IMG/VR virus record: IMGVR_UViG_2811995017_000002
Coordinates: 44,651-64,650 of that record
Source of the DNA: an uncultured virus (IMG/VR IMGVR_UViG_2811995017_000002)
Lineage: Duplodnaviria; Heunggongvirae; Uroviricota; Caudoviricetes
Reading direction: 5' to 3' (one strand)
DNA: 20,000 nt
In this document: positions 14,931 through 20,000 of the stretch, one piece after another
Layout: every line of letters starts with the position of its first letter
Numbering within the stretch: the stretch's first letter is position 1
The notes under the pieces: generated by a model
The model's database searches: none
What the model was told of the DNA's origin: nothing
The model's input: only the letters and a program-made list of their open reading frames with translations
Position numbers and translations under genes: made by a program

Positions 14931-16792
14931 AAATAGAGAATATATCCGGTTCTTCCGAAGTTCTAACCGGTTATACAAATCTCGCGATAAAACGGACAGT
15001 GAACGGCGATATTTCACTGTCTTTTTTATTGCCCAAAACGGAACACAATGCGCATGCTTTCGACCTAGTCGAAGAGGAATCCGTCCTGACATACAACGGA
15101 ATCGACTATCGTATTAAGCAGTGCGTCGAGCAACTGGTCGGGGTTACGCCGGTTAAATCCGTCACGGCCCCGCATATCTTTTTCGACCTGATCGACGATT
15201 TCCGTTATGATACGCTAACTACCGGTTTCAAGTCGATTAACGTCATTTTCGATTTCATTTTCCGCGATACAGGCTGGACGTTCAGCATTATCGACTCATT
15301 CGATACGGAAGAATTCGAGAATTTCGGGAACGACAACTGTATATCGCTCTTTAAAAAGGCACTCGATAGATTCGAAGCCGAATACGAAATTGTTGGCCGA
15401 GACGTTCGGATTTATAAACAGATCGGAAGCTCTCCCGATTTTCAATTCCGATATAACCACAACGTCAAAACGTTCAAGAAAACGGTCGACAGTTCGAATT
15501 TATCGACGTACATTCGCGGTGAAGGCAAAAAGGACAATAACGGTAAGCCTATGGTAACGGCGGAATACACATCGCCCCTTGCCGGAATTTACGGAATCCG
15601 CCATGCTCCTATTTATACGAACGAGACAATTACGAAGAAATCGACTTTAGAGCGTTATTTAAAAGCGAAGCTCCAAGATAAGCCGGAAATTACTATCGAA
15701 ATAGATTTCGTTGAATTGAAAAACGCCGGCTATGCGGTGGCGAAACCAAGTCTAGGCGATACTGTGCCGACTATTTATGAACCATTGAACGTGAGTCTGA
15801 ATCTTCGCGTTATGGAAATCGAAGAATACCCGGAATCAAACAAAGCACCGAAAATTACGCTTGCTTCGACGTTAAAAACGTTCGCAAAGTCCGTTATTTC
15901 TTATTCAAAGCAGTTGCTCGATAAGATATACGATGAGAACTCCGGTAAACTACGATATAACGTGTATGATGAAGCGGTTCAACGAGCAACAGAGGCGCTT
16001 AATAATTCGTTGACTCAGTTAGAATATCCGGAGGGAATGGGGATTATTGCGCGAGATCCTAACGATCCGAACCGTTTTGTTGCGCTAAGATCCAGCGGAT
16101 TAGGCGTTACGACAGACGGAGGCAAGACGTTTAAAGAGGCGATCACGGCGGACGGCGTCGTCACAAGCGTTTTGACAGCCGGACAAATTAAAACGAACAA
16201 TATACAGATCATCGGTAACGGTGATCTTTTTTATTGGGACGGGAACTATCTGATCGCGATTAACGCCGCCGACCGCAATAAATTCGTACGGTTAGATTCA
16301 CGAGGCTTATATGTTGCGAAAGGTGCGGTATCGATAGAGAGGCCGGATGGAGCTGTTCTCGTAAATAACGGAATGTTTGCGTTTAACTTAGCGGTCCAAG
16401 AAAAGCCATTCTATAACACGGCTGAGGTTGAATTTACCGGTAGCTATTACAAATCGGCCTCGACTTCGTATACAAATGCGGAGGTTATGTACATTTCTCA
16501 TGATGCTCGGTTCTTGAATATAACTGTTGCGGCACGTCTTCATTACTCGGAAACAGATACTCCTCTTAATACTTATGTTAGACTTGAGGAATTTGACGTA
16601 GATGACGGCGTAGAAAAGGTAGTGTCCGAAGTGGTTATCTCTACAGAAAAAGACAAAACGAATTATGCGCAAATACAAGTCGATCTCGGTGTTCCTACGT
16701 ACAAAGCTCGAAACTTTTATCTGCAATTTAAGTCGGGCTGGTCCGGAAGATCTACGATGATCAGAACGACGCGTACTTGGTTAAACGGATAG
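14927..16792 (+). CDS. Tal-like tail tip/hub protein (Prophage_tail family)
   Basis: ATGA overlap with the upstream gene. Contains NG...LSF, FENFG.DN, FRYNHN, T.I.G.GK, YTSPLA.IYG.R.AP and DGGKTF..AITADG. Confidence 0.88.
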   Translation: MKIENISGSSEVLTGYTNLAIKRTVNGDISLSFLLPKTEHNAHAFDLVEEESVLTYNGIDYRIKQCVEQLVGVTPVKSVTAPHIFFDLIDDFRYDTLTTGFKSINVIFDFIFRDTGWTFSIIDSFDTEEFENFGNDNCISLFKKALDRFEAEYEIVGRDVRIYKQIGSSPDFQFRYNHNVKTFKKTVDSSNLSTYIRGEGKKDNNGKPMVTAEYTSPLAGIYGIRHAPIYTNETITKKSTLERYLKAKLQDKPEITIEIDFVELKNAGYAVAKPSLGDTVPTIYEPLNVSLNLRVMEIEEYPESNKAPKITLASTLKTFAKSVISYSKQLLDKIYDENSGKLRYNVYDEAVQRATEALNNSLTQLEYPEGMGIIARDPNDPNRFVALRSSGLGVTTDGGKTFKEAITADGVVTSVLTAGQIKTNNIQIIGNGDLFYWDGNYLIAINAADRNKFVRLDSRGLYVAKGAVSIERPDGAVLVNNGMFAFNLAVQEKPFYNTAEVEFTGSYYKSASTSYTNAEVMYISHDARFLNITVAARLHYSETDTPLNTYVRLEEFDVDDGVEKVVSEVVISTEKDKTNYAQIQVDLGVPTYKARNFYLQFKSGWSGRSTMIRTTRTWLNG

Positions 16793-16804
16793 GAGGCGTA
16801 GTCA

Positions 16805-17068
16805 TTGGGTGAACCATCGAATAACGAATTAAACGATAAGATAGCCGACATTCGCGAATGGCTCGTGCGTATCGATACGAAGGTCGACTATTTCAACGAA
16901 GTAAAACATACGGCAGATCGAGCGCATGAAAAGGCGGATGAAGCGTTGGCGCTCGCCAAAGAAAGCCAAGCGGATATTTCCGATATGAAAGCAAATACGA
17001 AATGGTTATGGGGCGTAATTCTCACGATCGTTGGATTGACGATCTCGGGGATTGCGCTATTTTTATGA
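16805..17068 (+). CDS. xhlA: XhlA-family lysis protein
   Basis: 87 aa, TTG start with SD AGGAGG. A coiled coil is followed by NTKWLW and one C-terminal TM helix; it precedes the endolysin. Confidence 0.75.
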   Translation: MGEPSNNELNDKIADIREWLVRIDTKVDYFNEVKHTADRAHEKADEALALAKESQADISDMKANTKWLWGVILTIVGLTISGIALFL

Positions 17069-17094
17069 GCCCGTTCGGTGAGAGTCCGGCGGGC
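17069..17094 (+). promoter_or_regulatory. GC-rich hairpin with a T-loop-like apex in the endolysin leader
   Basis: GCCCGT(T)CGG-TGAGAGT-CCGGCGGGC, followed only by a weak GTTATT tail. Confidence 0.5.
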
Positions 17095-17121
17095 GTTATT
17101 AAACGAAAGGGAGACGATTAA

Positions 17122-18057
17122 ATGGCGATTTCAGTCAAGAAAAACCTCGTCGCGTCAAGCAAGTATTCCGTTAAGTGTCCATATTCAATGGATGCGAAGT
17201 ACATCACGTTCCACAATACGGCGAACGACGCTTCAGCAGCGAATGAGATTGCGTACATGATCCGTAATAACAACCAAGTATCGTACCACTTTGCGGTAGA
17301 CGATAAAGAGGTCGTTCAGGGACTTCCGACTAACCGGAACGCATGGCATTGCGGAGACGGAAACGGACCCGGCAACCGTTCATCTATCGGCGTCGAAGTT
17401 TGCTATTCGAAGTCAGGTGGCGCTAAGTATAAAGCGGCCGAAAAGCTTGCGATTAAATTCATCGCTCAGCTATTGAAAGAGCGCGGATGGGGCGTTGATC
17501 GCGTGAAGAAACATCAGGACTGGAACGGAAAATACTGTCCGCACCGTGTACTCGATGAGGGACGTTGGGATGCGGTGAAAGCGGCCATCGCTGCGGAACT
17601 TAAAGCGATCGGAGGAAAGTCGTCTAGCCCTGCGAAATCAGCGCCGAAAACGTCCGGAAAGACTTATACGGTAAAGAAAGGTGACACGCTTTCGGAAATT
17701 GCGGTTAAAACAGGCGTCAGCATGGCGAAACTTCAGTCCTATAACGGCATTAAAAATCCGAATAAAATCACGGTTGGCCAAGTGCTGAAGCTTACGGGAA
17801 GCAGCGGTTCCAAACCGTCATCAAGCGGTAAGAAATACGTATATCTTCCGGCATCTGCCGACTCATGGCGCATCTATCCGACAAACAAAGCGCCTGTCAA
17901 AGGCAATGAATGCGGATTCCTGCGTCCGAAGAAATTTGGCGGACTTAAATACGAAATCCTTGCGAACCCACAAACGGATGTCTATACGATCAAAACGGAT
18001 CAGTTCGGAAAAGTGAATATCTACGCGGCGAAATCAACCGGCGCAACAGTAAAATAA
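17122..18057 (+). CDS. Endolysin: N-acetylmuramoyl-L-alanine amidase (Amidase_2, CwlA/XlyB-like) + LysM + C-terminal putative cell-wall-binding domain
   Basis: Zn-amidase motifs ITFHNTANDA, SYHFAVDD, AWHCGDG, SIGVEVC and HQDWNGKYCP; LysM YTVKKGDTLSEIA...NKITVGQVLKL. Confidence 0.95.
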   Translation: MAISVKKNLVASSKYSVKCPYSMDAKYITFHNTANDASAANEIAYMIRNNNQVSYHFAVDDKEVVQGLPTNRNAWHCGDGNGPGNRSSIGVEVCYSKSGGAKYKAAEKLAIKFIAQLLKERGWGVDRVKKHQDWNGKYCPHRVLDEGRWDAVKAAIAAELKAIGGKSSSPAKSAPKTSGKTYTVKKGDTLSEIAVKTGVSMAKLQSYNGIKNPNKITVGQVLKLTGSSGSKPSSSGKKYVYLPASADSWRIYPTNKAPVKGNECGFLRPKKFGGLKYEILANPQTDVYTIKTDQFGKVNIYAAKSTGATVK

Positions 18058-18077
18058 TCGAAAAGGGAGACGATATT

Positions 18078-18311
18078 ATGAACGTAAAGACAACTGAAAA
18101 AATTAGCGCAGGAACAATCGCTCGATTCGTGTTACTTGCGCTTGCACTCGTTAACCAGACGCTTACGATGACGGGTCACAGTCCGATTCCGGTCGATGAG
18201 GAAGGCGTGCAGCAATTTATTTCGCTCGCATTTACCGGAGTGGCTTCGCTGTGGGCGTACTGGAAAAATAACGACGTGACGAAGAAAGCGCGGACAAAGA
18301 CGAATAGATAA
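18078..18311 (+). CDS. SPP1-family holin (XhlB-like)
   Basis: GTIARFVLL.LALVNQ.L...G.SPIP and WAYWKNND.T; two hydrophobic segments; follows the endolysin. Confidence 0.92.
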   Translation: MNVKTTEKISAGTIARFVLLALALVNQTLTMTGHSPIPVDEEGVQQFISLAFTGVASLWAYWKNNDVTKKARTKTNR

Positions 18312-18322
18312 CGGAACTTTTG

Positions 18323-18356
18323 GCGGGCGCCTGCGTATAAAAGCGTAGGTGCTCGT
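18323..18356 (+). other. G-U-rich RNA hairpin downstream of the holin, without a U tract
   Basis: GCGGGCGCCTGCGT-ataaaa-GCGTAGGTGCTCGT: 14 pairs, 5 of them G-U. Confidence 0.55.
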
Positions 18357-18370
18357 GGTACATAATGAGA

Positions 18371-18400
18371 TTGCGGTGAAGACTTCCGATAGAGTATAAT
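18371..18400 (+). promoter_or_regulatory. Putative sigma-A promoter of the accessory membrane gene
   Basis: TTGCGG (18371-18376), 18 nt spacer, TATAAT (18395-18400); SD GGAGG at 18421-18425. Confidence 0.55.
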
Positions 18401-18433
18401 TTTACTAACGCTATAAGAACGGAGGAAGAAACG

Positions 18434-18775
18434 GTGGATTTTGTACGAGTAGAAGTTGAACGACGACGGATGACGCCTAAACGGTGGATTCCTCGTTTAT
18501 TTATGTTTTTTTCTGGTTTTGTGCTCTTATTAATAAGCTTAATTTTGATGATTACTATCATAGGCATCCTACCGGGCTTAGGTCTAGGTTCGCTCAGCGT
18601 CTTTCTTATCTTCGGAGCCTTTTTCGGAGGCGAACGTTTTGAATGCCCTCGATGTGGTTTTAAGAATAACTTTGTGACTTATGGAAAACATAATGAAACC
18701 TGCCGGAAATGTAAACAAAATATAGCAATCGATTGGATAAAATATAACAAAGGTGAGAAAGTTAATCTTAATTGA
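18434..18775 (+). CDS. Hypothetical membrane protein with two TM helices and a C-terminal zinc ribbon (moron)
   Basis: GTG start with SD GGAGG. A hydrophobic hairpin is followed by CPRC-x13-CRKC; the gene is AT-rich. Confidence 0.8.
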   Translation: MDFVRVEVERRRMTPKRWIPRLFMFFSGFVLLLISLILMITIIGILPGLGLGSLSVFLIFGAFFGGERFECPRCGFKNNFVTYGKHNETCRKCKQNIAIDWIKYNKGEKVNLN

Positions 18776-18776
18776 T

Positions 18777-18811
18777 AGAAGCCCCGTCCTTAATCGGATG
18801 GGGCTTCTTTT
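18777..18811 (+). terminator. Intrinsic terminator of the + strand transcript, overlapping the 3' end of the convergent gene
   Basis: AGAAGCCCCGTCC-ttaatc-GGATGGGGCTTCT-TTT; the minus-strand stop codon (18790-18792) lies in the loop. Confidence 0.8.
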
Positions 18812-19785
18812 ACGTTTATTATTCTACTTTTGGCGGTTACTTTTTTATTGTCGGCATTCTTAACAAAAACTTTCAACTGATACTGGCCAGCTTCAGCGAA
18901 ATCAATAGTCGTTTTATTGGATGGAGTATACATACGTTTCTCTATAGTTTTTCCGTCTTTATATAAGTACCATGCGAATGTTGACTCTGGATCTGAACTG
19001 TGCGCGTGAAATTCATGTTTCTCATTAACCTTGACTGTGGGGTTTGGCTCATTGAGAATCTTTATGTACGGGACTCCAGTTTCTTTCGAAATCATTCGCT
19101 TCAGATACTCTGGGAAATGTTTTGCGACGTCAGCATGCTCTGAATAGTCGCCTAGATCCAAGTCATATTGTATGCCTTTTTTATTCAGCTCTTTAATTAG
19201 AGGTTTTAAGTGGTGATTATAGTGATACTCGCCTCGTCCAACATGTAGGTAAAGTTTCGGTGAAGACTTTGAATCTCTTACGGCATCCTGAAGTATAGCG
19301 TTCATAAATTCCTTATCCTTTATATCGCTTCCTCCAGCAATAAACCTCGAAACGTCCGTCAAGGAATCGCTGTTAAAAAGATAGTCCCCTAGAAAATATT
19401 GCGGTGATCCAGAGATGACGCTATCGAAGTCATATTTCACTCCGTAATAAATTGCCGCATAGCCGCCCTTACTTGATCCGCAAGAAATCACACGTTTTAT
19501 ATCACTGTCGCGAACTATTTGTTCTATTAGCGAAATGACGGATCTTTCGATATAAAAATCCCTATTTTCACAGAGATAATAACTCGCTCTACATCCAAAG
19601 TCATCTAGTATGTATAGCTTATTGCAATCGTATCCTTCTAGTGCGCGTAAATAGTTATAGGCAGGGGGCTTTCCTTCAGCTCCAAATGCAGAAAAGACCA
19701 CAACTAGGCTTTGACTTGCGGATGACTTTTGGAAGAGATATTTAACTTCTGTCTCCCCTTTAAAAACGGATTCCCCTTTAATCAT
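18790..19785 (-). CDS. Alpha/beta-hydrolase-fold protein (Asp2-like, GSSKGG) with a C-terminal Ig-like/Y_Y_Y-type domain
   Basis: LVVVFSAF, nucleophile elbow G103-S-S105-K-G-G, candidate E186 and H217. C-terminal FAWYLYKDG...AGQYQLKVFVKN. SD GAGGGGG lies in the end of the upstream gene. Confidence 0.75.
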   Translation of the reverse strand: MIKGESVFKGETEVKYLFQKSSASQSLVVVFSAFGAEGKPPAYNYLRALEGYDCNKLYILDDFGCRASYYLCENRDFYIERSVISLIEQIVRDSDIKRVISCGSSKGGYAAIYYGVKYDFDSVISGSPQYFLGDYLFNSDSLTDVSRFIAGGSDIKDKEFMNAILQDAVRDSKSSPKLYLHVGRGEYHYNHHLKPLIKELNKKGIQYDLDLGDYSEHADVAKHFPEYLKRMISKETGVPYIKILNEPNPTVKVNEKHEFHAHSSDPESTFAWYLYKDGKTIEKRMYTPSNKTTIDFAEAGQYQLKVFVKNADNKKVTAKSRIINVKEAPSD

Positions 19786-19787
19786 TA

Positions 19788-20000
19788 CTATTCCCCCTCG
19801 CGAACCTCGAATAATTCATTCATGTCAGTAATACCTAAACCCTTCGCAACCTTTGCGATATGCTCTCGGTTAAAAGTGCTGCGTTGATTTGCGCAGAGCT
19901 CAGATATTACATTATGCCTCACGCCAATTTCTTCGGCGAACTTCGTCTTCTTAATTCCTCGCTTGTCCAATATTTCCTCAAGTTTTATGTATAGGCGCAT
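19788..20000 (-). CDS. XRE/Cro-family helix-turn-helix regulator
   Basis: 70 aa: KLEEILDKRGI.KTKFAEEIGV..NVISEL...IAKVAKGLGI...ELFE. The ATG is at the window edge. Confidence 0.88.
   Translation of the reverse strand: MRLYIKLEEILDKRGIKKTKFAEEIGVRHNVISELCANQRSTFNREHIAKVAKGLGITDMNELFEVREGE

Larger units (their letters stand above)
1..18311 (+). mobile_element. Siphovirus-type Bacillus (pro)phage late operon: packaging, head, tail and lysis modules (continues beyond the left edge)
   Basis: Co-oriented, tightly packed genes in near-canonical siphophage order from terminase to holin. No tail sheath gene, and no integrase or att site in the window. Confidence 0.95.

Noticed and set aside
12282..16792. 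Diversity-generating retroelement or invertible cassette acting on the tail-tip genes
   Set aside because: No reverse transcriptase or recombinase is present, and I saw no duplicated template/variable repeat or inverted crossover sites by eye. A partner outside the window cannot be excluded.
18232..18966. ORFs 18232-18567 (-) and 18772-18966 (+)
   Set aside because: Both overlap better-supported genes on the opposite strand and run through the hairpin, promoter or terminator elements.
1..20000. CRISPR array, tRNA/rRNA, IS element, intron or att site
   Set aside because: No spaced direct repeats, cloverleaf, transposase or interrupted gene was seen. Coding density is near complete and all spacers are under about 125 nt.

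Overview
This window is the late (morphogenesis and lysis) region of a Bacillus-type siphovirus or prophage; the B. subtilis-group affinity is inferred from its CwlA/XlyB-like endolysin, XhlA and SPP1-type holin. The + strand carries, in order: the 3' end of the large terminase, portal, scaffold, major capsid, head fibre, head-tail joining genes with a displaced MuF-like minor head gene, major tail protein, tail assembly chaperones, tape measure, Dit, beta-helix tail spike, Tal, and the XhlA/endolysin/holin cassette. The AT-richer right end is accessory: a membrane zinc-ribbon gene converges on a minus-strand XRE-HTH plus alpha/beta-hydrolase operon. Several signals are invisible to the ORF track: a structured, probably pseudoknotted RNA over the scaffold RBS; an apparent ATC start for the portal; an L27-like host-protease (Prp) motif on the scaffold; a +1 (CCC-TAA) and a -1 (T-TTT-TTC) frameshift; three terminators inside the operon, two beginning with an identical 12-mer; and a spike with an S74 chaperone fused to an XkdX-like domain, placed between Dit and Tal. 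Family assignments come from motif recognition and gene order, not database searches.
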